A DNA stretch of 64,000 bases from a virus. The DNA lies in IMG/VR virus record IMGVR_UViG_3300006880_000002, positions 2,955 to 66,954 of that record. One strand, 5' to 3'. Position numbers and translations under genes: made by a program. The notes beneath the pieces were generated by a model that ran no database searches, was not told where the DNA came from, and saw only the letters and a program-made list of their open reading frames with translations. Below, piece by piece: positions 17,769 through 26,681 of the stretch (positions are counted from its first letter, which is position 1; every line of letters begins with the position of its first letter).

Positions 17769-19021
17769 GTCCCGAGCGAACCTCCTCGGTCGAAGACCCA
17801 GTCGTTGGGCCCGGTCAAGAACCGAGCGACCACGAAGCCTTGCTGCCCCGACGCGATCGTCGCGATGATGTTACCGGCGTTGTCTTTGACGTCGTATTTC
17901 TGAGCAGCGAAGTCTCTCTTCGTGATGCAGATTGTGTCGCCGTTTTTCTCACCGCCGCCGAGCTTCAAGGTTGCGGATCCGTCGCCTGTCTGTCCATCGA
18001 CGGAGTAGTGATTACCGGAGAATGCTCCGCGGTACCCCACGGTTGCCCCGGTTCCGTTGAGTGACACGTCGGTGTTTCCGGTTCCAAGCAAATCGGCCCC
18101 CGGAACAGACCCGCCATCGAACCCGCCGATAACGATGACAGCGGCACCTGTATCACCACCTGGACGAGATCCGCCTGCTTCACTGAACGACTGCCACGAA
18201 ACTCCGTCGAACAGCACCGGTAGCGTACCGTTCGATAGAGTCAGCACTGGGGCGCTAGACTCGCCGAACAACGTGTCTAAGAAGGCTGCTGTAATGCGAG
18301 CCGAGATAGCCGAGACGGAAATAATAGAGTCGAAGGACTGTATCGACCTTCCTGAGAGCGTGTTCCCTGACAAGATGCAGTTCACGATCGAGACGTTCGC
18401 GTTGTCTGCGCCAGTTCCGGCCGTAATTCCGTTTGGGAAGATCGTATTGAGACAGGCGATGTTCGCCAGTTTTTGTGTCGTTGTCGCGTCGACCAGACCT
18501 GTTACGGCGATGTTCGAGTCGCCTATCTCGTCAGCGCTGATGATAAATAATGACGATGGCGCGCTCGCGTCGTCAGTGAGCGTGATCGTTCCTATGACTC
18601 CGATATTGTGCAGACCAGAAACGGCGAGAGAGCCTGCGAAAGCGCCTGCGATGTTGGCCCAAGTCACGTTTCCGGTAATTCCAGTACCCGGACCGAATCC
18701 TTGCGAGTCCGCTCGGAGTTGGGTCGACGCGTACGCTGGAAATGCGACGTTCTCCGTATAGCCTCCAGTGATCGAAGGTGTTACCCATCCCACGTAATTC
18801 GCGGACGCATCGTTGGCGGACACGTTCGTGCGTGACGCCATGAACTGCGCGATCGTCTTGAACGGCGAAGAGCTCGCGCCGTTAAGACCAGTTTGAGTCG
18901 TATCTCCGTCGATGAACCTCTGCCTGGAAAGGGGCGGGAGTGCCGCGAGAATGCCGACTGCTGGGGATTGCGGGTACGACTCGGGCGATCGACCGCCCCT
19001 TCTGTGTCCTGCTAGATGCAT
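17765..19021 (-). CDS. Fibre/spike-like protein (beta-helix-like) with PESYP N-terminal motif
   Basis: MHLAGHRRGGRSPESYPQ; FID..G..G.SSSPFKTI motif typical of beta-helix starts; Gly/Thr/Asn-rich. Confidence 0.65.
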   Translation of the reverse strand: MHLAGHRRGGRSPESYPQSPAVGILAALPPLSRQRFIDGDTTQTGLNGASSSPFKTIAQFMASRTNVSANDASANYVGWVTPSITGGYTENVAFPAYASTQLRADSQGFGPGTGITGNVTWANIAGAFAGSLAVSGLHNIGVIGTITLTDDASAPSSLFIISADEIGDSNIAVTGLVDATTTQKLANIACLNTIFPNGITAGTGADNANVSIVNCILSGNTLSGRSIQSFDSIISVSAISARITAAFLDTLFGESSAPVLTLSNGTLPVLFDGVSWQSFSEAGGSRPGGDTGAAVIVIGGFDGGSVPGADLLGTGNTDVSLNGTGATVGYRGAFSGNHYSVDGQTGDGSATLKLGGGEKNGDTICITKRDFAAQKYDVKDNAGNIIATIASGQQGFVVARFLTGPNDWVFDRGGSLGT

Positions 19022-19033
19022 GTTGAGCTCCTA

Positions 19034-19525
19034 TCAGCCTGGTTCCGCGACTTCGACTAATGTGAGCACCGAGTTGGCCGTGACGATGTTGACTAGGGCG
19101 TCACCGATCACTTTCACGGTTACGTTCGACAGAACCCCAACGACGAAGGAGAGTCCGGTTACGTATGAAAGAACGTCGTTGGTTCCAGCTGGAATGTTGA
19201 TCGTCATGGCTGCCGGAAGTTGCGCTACTCCGTTCACCAGAATTTGAACGGTCACATCGTGGGCCGAAGCGTCGGCGTTGAAGAGTCCAACAGAGATCGA
19301 GGCTATGGCCAAACGGCTTGACTTCGCCGTAAATGGAACGTTCGTTCCAGGGGCCAAAGTGCTTAGTACAGCGATCCACGGAATGATGGTTCCGCCAGGC
19401 GCTGCTTGTGTATCAGGCCCAGGCCCAACAGCTCCGTTCGTTGCGAACGGACCGAGTTTGGAAGCGAATCGCGGACGCTCGGGGTAAGTCTCCCGAGCAA
19501 AATTCCTACCCATTCTGTGAGCCAT
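19034..19525 (-). CDS. Beta-rich virion protein with RETYP N-terminal motif
   Basis: MAHRMGRNFARETYPE followed by C1q/BclA-like beta strands. Confidence 0.65.
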   Translation of the reverse strand: MAHRMGRNFARETYPERPRFASKLGPFATNGAVGPGPDTQAAPGGTIIPWIAVLSTLAPGTNVPFTAKSSRLAIASISVGLFNADASAHDVTVQILVNGVAQLPAAMTINIPAGTNDVLSYVTGLSFVVGVLSNVTVKVIGDALVNIVTANSVLTLVEVAEPG

Positions 19526-19527
19526 GT

Positions 19528-19710
19528 TCAGCGTTCCTTTTTGGCGATTTCGACGAGACGCGCGACCTGCTCCGCGCTGAGCTTGATGTGTCCCACCGAT
19601 CCGTTCTCCGTATCGTCATCGGAGATCGTCATCGATCCGTCCTCGAACTTCGCTACGGTCGGGCAGCAACGTTTTCCGTAGCAGAGCATCTCTTCGTGGA
19701 TCTTCATCAC
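19528..19710 (-). CDS. Small hypothetical protein
   Basis: Coupled ORF, CYGKRCCP motif. Confidence 0.55.
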   Translation of the reverse strand: MMKIHEEMLCYGKRCCPTVAKFEDGSMTISDDDTENGSVGHIKLSAEQVARLVEIAKKER

Positions 19711-20909
19711 TTCCTCCGCTTGTGCGACTTCTTTCGACGCACCGGGCCGCGCTGACCGCGCTTGCCGCGAGCGCCGCGTGCGCCTTTTTTGCTGAGTGCG
19801 ACCGCGGTTACGCCGATGACGGCGACGACGCCGAGAGCGCCGACCACCATCGCTCCAGTCGAGAGGCCCTTCTTCTCCGCAGGGGCCGGGGCGACCACGA
19901 CGGGCGCAGTCGATCCGGAGGAGCTCGGCGGGGTTGCCGGGGTACCCGGTGGAGTGTAGGAAGGCGCCGGGATCTGATTCGCTGGACCACGACTCTCAGG
20001 GGTACTGCCAGGAATGACGGGAGTCGTCGTTGGTACCGGTGGAAGTTTTGTCGGAACGACCACAGCGGTCGGTGCGGGCGGCGTCGCAGCTCCGGGGACG
20101 ATCGGATTCACGACACCGACCGGGGCCCACCACGTGGGGCGCGGGCTACAAGCCGCCGGAGCGCTCGGGAGGATGCGCCGGGCCGCCGCGGCGGTGTCCG
20201 TGCCGTACTTGCCGTCCTGGGCGACCCCGAGGGCCTTCTGGGCGGCGTAGACGATGGCGACGTTCGTCTGGAGGCAAGGATTGACGGACGCGAGCGCGGC
20301 GACAGCAGCGGGCACCGCGACTGAGGCGGTCGCCGGCACCGGAACTGGCGCCGACACAGGTGGAAGTACCGTGGAACCGCAATTCGACGACCCGACCGGA
20401 GCCCACCATGAGGGGCGGGGGGAGCATGCGGGCGGCGCGCCGGCAAAAACCCGTCGAGCGGCGGTTGCCGTGTCGGTTCCGTACTTGCCGTCGACCGAGA
20501 CTCCGAGCGCTTTCTGCGCGGCGCACACGATTCCGACGTTCGCTTGCTGGCAGGGGTCGATCGCGCCGAGCGCGATGACTGCCGCGGGGGCGAGCGCCGG
20601 GGTGACCGTCGGCGAGACGGCCGTCGGGATCGTGGCTGCCGACGGAACGATGGGGCACGAACTCTGACCGACGGGAGCCCACCACGTCGGGCGAGGGGAG
20701 CATCCCGCGGGAGCGTTCGGCATGCGCGATCGAGCGGCCGTTGAAGTGTCCGTTCCCCACTTCCCGTCGACCTTGACACCGAGCGCGGCCTGTGCGGCGC
20801 AAACGAGCATCACGTTCGCTTGGAGGCACGGTCCACCGGCTGCGATGACCGCGAGAATGGCATCCTGAGCTGCGTCACCGAGGCCGAGAGGGTAGGGCAT
20901 GTTGCGCAT
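19707..20909 (-). CDS. Membrane-anchored protein with three peptidoglycan-binding-like repeats
   Basis: 3x PC-x-Q-x-NV..AAQ-x-ALGV-xx-DGK-x-GTDT..CSPRP-x-WWAPVG; C-terminal GLSTGA-TM-basic tail. Confidence 0.75.
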   Translation of the reverse strand: MRNMPYPLGLGDAAQDAILAVIAAGGPCLQANVMLVCAAQAALGVKVDGKWGTDTSTAARSRMPNAPAGCSPRPTWWAPVGQSSCPIVPSAATIPTAVSPTVTPALAPAAVIALGAIDPCQQANVGIVCAAQKALGVSVDGKYGTDTATAARRVFAGAPPACSPRPSWWAPVGSSNCGSTVLPPVSAPVPVPATASVAVPAAVAALASVNPCLQTNVAIVYAAQKALGVAQDGKYGTDTAAAARRILPSAPAACSPRPTWWAPVGVVNPIVPGAATPPAPTAVVVPTKLPPVPTTTPVIPGSTPESRGPANQIPAPSYTPPGTPATPPSSSGSTAPVVVAPAPAEKKGLSTGAMVVGALGVVAVIGVTAVALSKKGARGARGKRGQRGPVRRKKSHKRRK

Positions 20910-20942
20910 TTTGGGGGGTTCCTTACGAGACGAGGTGAGTTT

Positions 20943-21596
20943 TTACCGACGTCGTTTCTTACGAGTCGCGAGATACACACCACCGCCGACGACGGCGACG
21001 CCGCCTGCGATGATTCCGACCTTCATTCCGGTCGAGAGACCTGAGAATCCCTTACCCGCCTGGCACCACTTGCTCTCAGGGTCAGGGAAACCTGTGGGGA
21101 AATTCGTCGGGTCGAGCGCGGCCGTCATCACGAGCGCGCAGAGCGAGTCGTCGTCGAACACGCCGTCGGTTCGGAGCTTTCGTGCCGACGAGTTGATCGG
21201 CACAACGTTCGCGTTGTACCAGTTCTGAAAGCACCCACCGGCCGCGGCGATCGACGGACCCCACGTCTTACAGCTAGTGCCCGTGTTCTTCACGATGAGA
21301 TCGTTCAGTTTCGTGAGCGTGTTCATCACCCACGCCTGCTGATCGCGGTTGAGCTTCACCCACACATCGCCACTGGCGCCGAGTCCGAGCTCGAAACCAG
21401 CAAGGCCAGTACCGCCGAGAGAAATTTGTTCGTTCATGAGGGTTCCTGTGCAGCCCGGACCACCCGGGAGGGTTTGGGCGTAGTTGCACGCCGCCTGACG
21501 CATACCCGGATCGGTCGGCCCCTGAACAGGGACGTCCTTCACGAAATTGTTCTGTCCGGAGACGCGTGCGGTAGCTTGGGCAGGGGTCATAGCCAT
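20943..21596 (-). CDS. Membrane-anchored virion protein
   Basis: Cys-rich ectodomain, LRTDGVFD PG-binding-like motif, GLSTG-TM-RKKRRR. Confidence 0.7.
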   Translation of the reverse strand: MAMTPAQATARVSGQNNFVKDVPVQGPTDPGMRQAACNYAQTLPGGPGCTGTLMNEQISLGGTGLAGFELGLGASGDVWVKLNRDQQAWVMNTLTKLNDLIVKNTGTSCKTWGPSIAAAGGCFQNWYNANVVPINSSARKLRTDGVFDDDSLCALVMTAALDPTNFPTGFPDPESKWCQAGKGFSGLSTGMKVGIIAGGVAVVGGGVYLATRKKRRR

Positions 21597-21823
21597 CGAG
21601 GTTCTCCGAGTCCGTGGACCGTTCCGGTATCCAGCGCGCGTTGATCTTCACGCGCGGCGACATAGATACCGGTCATGACGGCGTTGAGCGCGCCGACGAC
21701 GAACGCCGCTTTGAGCACCGGGTGAGAACGAGACGAATCAGCGACAGCGCCACCGATGGCGCCAACGACTGCGCCACCGATGGCGCTACCGATCATTGCT
21801 CCTACGACGTTGCTCACAACCAC
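21587..21823 (-). CDS. Small glycine-zipper membrane protein
   Basis: GxxxG-rich helices; ends TGTVHGLGEPRWL. Confidence 0.7.
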   Translation of the reverse strand: MVVSNVVGAMIGSAIGGAVVGAIGGAVADSSRSHPVLKAAFVVGALNAVMTGIYVAAREDQRALDTGTVHGLGEPRWL

Positions 21824-22065
21824 CTCGGTTCTCCGAGGCCGTGAACGGTCCCGGTCTGAACGACAATCTCTTCTTTCGTTGGAGCGGCTCCAAGGGCAGC
21901 TCCGGTAGCGGCGCCCACCAAAGCGCCAACAATGGCGCCATCCGTTGCCGAACTAGAGCTGAAATATCCGGGGCCTCTAACGTACTCTTGACCGACGTGC
22001 TCACCGAAGATCGCACCGATCCCTCCGCCGATCACGGCTCCGAGCCCTGCCGCCAAACGACTCAC
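21814..22065 (-). CDS. Small glycine-zipper membrane protein
   Basis: GxxxG-rich helices; ends TGTVHGLGEPRWL. Confidence 0.7.
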   Translation of the reverse strand: MSRLAAGLGAVIGGGIGAIFGEHVGQEYVRGPGYFSSSSATDGAIVGALVGAATGAALGAAPTKEEIVVQTGTVHGLGEPRWL

Positions 22066-22964
22066 GGGACGTCCTCCCCGATGTTCTGGTCGAACACGAG
22101 CGCTCCGGCAATGACGCCATACTTCGCGAACGTCGGGAACGCCGCGACGAATTGATCCTCGGGAGAGAGGGAGTAAAACACCTGTGTGAGCGTGTCAGTG
22201 GTCGAGAGCGTCACGTTGAGCGACGTGTCGGGCTGCCGGACGCTCGCGTAGAGCTCGACGATGCACGGAGCGGGGATCGGGATATCGAGCGCGTACTCCG
22301 GCTGGTTCGAGCGCCACGGGTAACGAAGCTCGTGAATGGTGCCGAGAGACGCGCCAATCGGCGTTCCCCACGGACGCCCGCCGTTCGGAGGCACGTAGGC
22401 GCCGGCCGCCGTCTGATTGTAGAGGAGCGCCGGAGAATCACTCTGCTGGTAGATGAACCCCGGAGCGTTCAGAGGATTTCGGTGGTCACGATACCCCTGA
22501 GGGCGAACCATGACGTGCCAGGAGATATTGCCGTCCTGCGGGTGCCAGAGAGGGCTAGTGATCTCCTTCCGGAACGTGACGGTCGAGCCAGCCGCCGGAC
22601 CTGATCCGGATGCGAGCGGAGGAGAAGTACGACCAGGGATGCGCGCGATGAGCTCGGCGTACTGCCGGATCCCGACGAGACGCGCGCCTTGATTGAGCGC
22701 GTTGTTCTCGGCGTTCGTGAAAGCGGCGCGAGCAAGGAGGAACAGGTACCGAGCTCCTCCGATTGACGCGCTCGCCGCGTCCGGCACGACTAGACCGGTG
22801 TACGAGTTCGTCTTGTACGGATCGGAGCCCGCGAAATCGAATTCTGGGTTCGGGCCGTTCGTGACGACTTCGAAGCGCCCGTTCTCCAGCGGCATACGGA
22901 TCCCCGCCGCAGGGCTACCGGGGTAGCGCTGAAGCGGGATCACGTTGTTCTGGAGAGTCCTCAT
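22062..22964 (-). CDS. Beta-rich structural protein (penton/vertex candidate)
   Basis: Alternating beta strands; downstream of the capsid candidates. Confidence 0.5.
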   Translation of the reverse strand: MRTLQNNVIPLQRYPGSPAAGIRMPLENGRFEVVTNGPNPEFDFAGSDPYKTNSYTGLVVPDAASASIGGARYLFLLARAAFTNAENNALNQGARLVGIRQYAELIARIPGRTSPPLASGSGPAAGSTVTFRKEITSPLWHPQDGNISWHVMVRPQGYRDHRNPLNAPGFIYQQSDSPALLYNQTAAGAYVPPNGGRPWGTPIGASLGTIHELRYPWRSNQPEYALDIPIPAPCIVELYASVRQPDTSLNVTLSTTDTLTQVFYSLSPEDQFVAAFPTFAKYGVIAGALVFDQNIGEDVP

Positions 22965-22967
22965 TGA

Positions 22968-23576
22968 TTATCTGTGCGCGATCTTGCTGAGATCCGGGAT
23001 GTCCCACGAGGGGAACAGAACACGAAGAAGCGAGCGAGCTTCCTCGTTGCTCATGTCGTCGATCTCCTTGGCAAGGAACTGCCACCCGTTGAACGTGATC
23101 GACACGTCGTACGGGACGGACACCGGGGTGTCCTGGAGGATCGCGGTCACCTTCACGTTGCTCTGCTTGTCGAGCGGCCAGCCTTGCGGCCACGTGACGG
23201 CGAACACGTCGGCGATGTTGCCGAGATCGGTGAACTGGTCGTTCACGTTGTACTTGGGGCCGCCGAAGACGGCGAGCTGGACCCCGACGCCCGTGCGACC
23301 ACTCTGCTTCATCTGGTTTTCCCAGAGGCTTTGGAGCGGCGAACCGGGGAAGCTGTTCTGTTGCTTCAGGTTGAACGAGACGCGCTCGATGAGCGTGTCC
23401 TGCGTCAGGTTGTTCGAGAAGCTCTGCACGATCGGCGGCGCGTTCACCGTCGATGAGGAGAACTGGAGGTTGATGTCGCCGACGAACGGGACCCGAGGGA
23501 CCCCGATCACCATGGCGTACGCGAACTTCGGCGCGTAGAGCGCGAGATTCTTCAGGTCGTGGTCTCTGGGCTGCAT
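22968..23576 (-). CDS. Candidate small (single jelly-roll) capsid protein
   Basis: 202 aa, about eight beta strands, terminal strand YDVSITFNGWQF; strong SD AAGGAG; strongly G/C-ending codons. Confidence 0.5.
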   Translation of the reverse strand: MQPRDHDLKNLALYAPKFAYAMVIGVPRVPFVGDINLQFSSSTVNAPPIVQSFSNNLTQDTLIERVSFNLKQQNSFPGSPLQSLWENQMKQSGRTGVGVQLAVFGGPKYNVNDQFTDLGNIADVFAVTWPQGWPLDKQSNVKVTAILQDTPVSVPYDVSITFNGWQFLAKEIDDMSNEEARSLLRVLFPSWDIPDLSKIAHR

Positions 23577-23603
23577 TGGACTCTCCTTGGGGGTTGAAAA
23601 CGC

Positions 23604-23644
23604 TACGGGCGGCCACGGCGCTGTTGGCTGCCGCGCCGCCCGTA
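23604..23644 (-). terminator. Stem-loop directly after the major capsid candidate
   Basis: TACGGGCGGC...GCCGCCCGTA followed on the minus strand by GCGTTTT. Confidence 0.55.
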
Positions 23645-23662
23645 ACTGTTCTCACGCTTGGA

Positions 23663-24976
23663 TCAGGCGCTCTTCGGGAGCATGCCGCTTCCCTGACAGA
23701 AGTCCTTCCAGCCTCCGGGCATTTCCCATCCCTTGATCTTGATGCCGATCTTCAGGATGCCGCCCTTGAAGAGCTCGCGGCAGACGTTGACCTGCTGCGG
23801 CTGGTTGATGGGGTCGGCGTCGAGGGTCTGTTCGAGCATGACGCCCGTGCCGGTGCTCGTCGTGCAGGTGAGGTTCTCGTCGATCGAGATGTTCGTGCCG
23901 AGCGCGCCGTTGTTCATCGTGAGCGCTTCGATCATCGCGGCCTGGTGAACCGCGTCCTGCGCCTGGAAGAGCATCCCGATCGGAATGCCGCGCTCCAGGA
24001 AGCAGGGGCTTTCGACCGGGCGGTACATCTGACCGCGGCAGCCGTATCCCTGCCACCGGAGCCCGCCCCAGGTCACCGGAGAGAGATCGTAGTCGCGAGT
24101 CGCGTGGAACACGCCGAAGTTGTTCGCCGCGGCAGCGCCACCGACCTGCACGCTTCCGACACGGCGGAAGTTGACGGGCAGGAAGATGGTGTTCGAGCCC
24201 TTCGCGCGGTACGTCGCGTTGACGATCGCCACGAACTCGATGATGGCCACCTCGCTCGTACCGGCCGCTTCCGCGTCCGCGAACGAACCGAAGTAGCTCA
24301 CGTCTGCGGCCAGCTCGTTGAGGACGAGCTCGCGCTGCGACGTACGCCACTGGAACTGGTAGGCGTTGATGAAGTTCCAACCTGCGCGCCACACGTCGGC
24401 GCCCCAGGTGAAATCGGCCGGACTGAACGTCTCGTCGTCTGCATCGTCGCCGAGCGCGCCGTTGGTGAGATCGTTCAACGTGAAGACGTCCGGGCTCGGA
24501 GGCGGAGCCGCGTCCTGGCTCGGAGCCACGAACGCGTTGCCGATCGTCGAGAACGACATCGGCTCGTGGAAGACGTGGACGCCCACGCCTTGGGCGAGGA
24601 TGTCGGTCTGGAGAATGCCGTTGATGAGGAACGTCGAGTCGATCGACGCCACACCAGCCGCGCTCGAACCGCCCGAGAGCAGGTTCACCACGTCGCCGAA
24701 GGTCGAAAGAGCCTCGGTCGCCGTGAGGGGGAGCGGGATCGTCCACACGACCTCTTCGATGACCGGCACGTTGCCGAAGCTGCACCGAATGCACTTCTCG
24801 GCGAGTCCGACGGCTCCGCGCTCCATGCCGGCGAGACCCGCGCTCTTCGCGGCTTCGGCCGTCTCCGGCGTCATGCCGTAGCCGAAGGGAATGCGCTTGG
24901 TGCGGTCGCGATTGTCGGCGTACCGCTTAGTGATCTTGCCCGTGATCTTCTGTCCGTTGAACTCTTTTGCAGCCAT
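23663..24976 (-). CDS. Candidate major capsid protein (jelly-roll-like)
   Basis: 437 aa, beta-rich, SD AGGAG, strongly G/C-ending codons, downstream hairpin, terminal strand ILKIGIKIKGWE. Confidence 0.55.
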   Translation of the reverse strand: MAAKEFNGQKITGKITKRYADNRDRTKRIPFGYGMTPETAEAAKSAGLAGMERGAVGLAEKCIRCSFGNVPVIEEVVWTIPLPLTATEALSTFGDVVNLLSGGSSAAGVASIDSTFLINGILQTDILAQGVGVHVFHEPMSFSTIGNAFVAPSQDAAPPPSPDVFTLNDLTNGALGDDADDETFSPADFTWGADVWRAGWNFINAYQFQWRTSQRELVLNELAADVSYFGSFADAEAAGTSEVAIIEFVAIVNATYRAKGSNTIFLPVNFRRVGSVQVGGAAAANNFGVFHATRDYDLSPVTWGGLRWQGYGCRGQMYRPVESPCFLERGIPIGMLFQAQDAVHQAAMIEALTMNNGALGTNISIDENLTCTTSTGTGVMLEQTLDADPINQPQQVNVCRELFKGGILKIGIKIKGWEMPGGWKDFCQGSGMLPKSA

Positions 24977-25085
24977 GATTTTCTCCTGGGTTCCCTGCCG
25001 TTTCGTAGGTCAGCCGCAGGGGTTTTCTGACACCTCAACCCCGGGGCTCGAAGCCTACCGGGGCGGAGGTGAAGCGAGGGTTCGC

Positions 25086-26414
25086 TTACTCGGCGGCCGC
25101 TTCTCCAGAGAGAAACGCGCTGTACCGAATGCCGGGGGTCGGCGCGTCGGCGCAACCGCACGACGCGTCGTTCGGTTGTGGACCGGGGCCTGGGCCGGGC
25201 GGGGGACCCGGCTGCCAACCTTCGCCCGTGCCGGCCATCGCCTGTGCCGCTGTCGGCATGTCGCGAAGACCGGTTCGGAGGGCGTCCTGCGCGGTCGGCA
25301 TCTCTGCCGTGCCGGCCATCGCCTGAGCCGCCGTCGGGCGCTGACGATCGTCGGCGCCCGAGAGAGCACCAGCGCCGGACGCGGAGAGCGCCTGCATCTT
25401 CTGCTCGATGTTGATTCGAGCGGAGATTTCGGCCGGGTAGAGCCGAGCAAGCTTGCTCGACTGAAGCGCCGACGCCGACGTGTCCTTCGGTTTGAGGAGC
25501 CGTCCAATGACGAGGGTCGTGAAGAGCATCTTCAGGGTCGAGATACCGGCGCCGAGTGCGAGCCCTTCGAGGGCCACCTTCGCCGTCTTGTTCTTCACAA
25601 ATGCCGCGCCGACAGCCGGCACGACGGGAGCCGCGACGCCCACCGCGATACGCTTCCAGTTCGGAGTCGCCGCGATGTTCATCGTATTCGCGAGCATTCC
25701 GGTGCCGGAGCTCGTGAACTTGTCCTTCGGCGCCTCGGTCCCCGCGGGGTTGTAGGTCGCCATGAAGCGGTCGAGAGCATCCGCGGCGAGGAAGCCGACG
25801 GTGCCGGTGAAGGCCGCCATCGCCAGGTTGCCGGCGCTCATGCCGCCGCTCGACGCGTACATGCGGCGGCTACGGCGAGGAGCCGAGACGGACGACCGAC
25901 GGCGGTTCGCGCGGACCGCGCGCCGACGCCGACGTGGGGACGCCACGGCCGTCTCGTGCATCTTCTTACGGCGCCTCTTGGCCCAACCCTTCTTCGCCGC
26001 CCGGCGGTGCGCCTTCTTGTGGCCATGCCACGCGCTCACACGTGCCCGACGACGCCGCGGGGTCGCGACGGTTGCCGAAGCACGCGCCCGGCGAGCCCGA
26101 CGACGAGCTGGAGCCGCAGCCACCGCAACCTTCCGTCGCCGACGCCGACGAGGAGTGGCGACCGCTGCCGCGTGTACCTTCCGACGCCGATGAGAGCGAC
26201 GGGGACGGGAACGACGGGCGCGCTTGGACGCCTTCTTCTTGTGGCTGCGCTTGCGACGGGATTTTGCCATGGGCTTGTCTTTCTTCACCTTCGAGGACTT
26301 GGCGCTCTTCGTGCGCTTGCCGGATGCTTCAGGTTCAATACGACGCAATCGCCTCGCAGCGACCCTTGATCGGGATTCGCTGAGAGCTGCGAGTCTGTCG
26401 TCGTAGAGACCCAT
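25086..26414 (-). CDS. Protamine-like Arg-rich protein with hydrophobic segments (candidate core/nucleoprotein)
   Basis: Long R/K/A/S tract with repeated (T/S)PRRRR, then hydrophobic helices and PTAAQAMAGT repeats. Confidence 0.75.
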   Translation of the reverse strand: MGLYDDRLAALSESRSRVAARRLRRIEPEASGKRTKSAKSSKVKKDKPMAKSRRKRSHKKKASKRARRSRPRRSHRRRKVHAAAVATPRRRRRRKVAVAAAPARRRARRARASATVATPRRRRARVSAWHGHKKAHRRAAKKGWAKRRRKKMHETAVASPRRRRRAVRANRRRSSVSAPRRSRRMYASSGGMSAGNLAMAAFTGTVGFLAADALDRFMATYNPAGTEAPKDKFTSSGTGMLANTMNIAATPNWKRIAVGVAAPVVPAVGAAFVKNKTAKVALEGLALGAGISTLKMLFTTLVIGRLLKPKDTSASALQSSKLARLYPAEISARINIEQKMQALSASGAGALSGADDRQRPTAAQAMAGTAEMPTAQDALRTGLRDMPTAAQAMAGTGEGWQPGPPPGPGPGPQPNDASCGCADAPTPGIRYSAFLSGEAAAE

Positions 26415-26681
26415 TTCACGGCGGTGTCCCCAAAGAATCCGAGATCGCAGAAAGACTGGTCAACACATTGCGCGCTCTCGACAAGATCGAGAGCGTGATT
26501 ACGTTCGCCGATCGACCCGTCTTGAGTCGTGGGTGTGATTCGACAATCAAGCAGAAAATCTGCCGCGCCGCGTACACCTACACCGCGTGCGTATTACAGA
26601 CGGAAAAGGCTCTGAAATTTTTTGCTCAGAGATCGCGCCCTGTAGATCACACGAAGATCGTCCGTATAGCGCAGCGATCAC

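Noticed and set aside
23576-26369. Long plus-strand ORFs (484 and 492 aa) opposite the capsid and Arg-rich genes
   Set aside because: Antisense shadows expected from high-GC codon bias; no motifs or plausible starts
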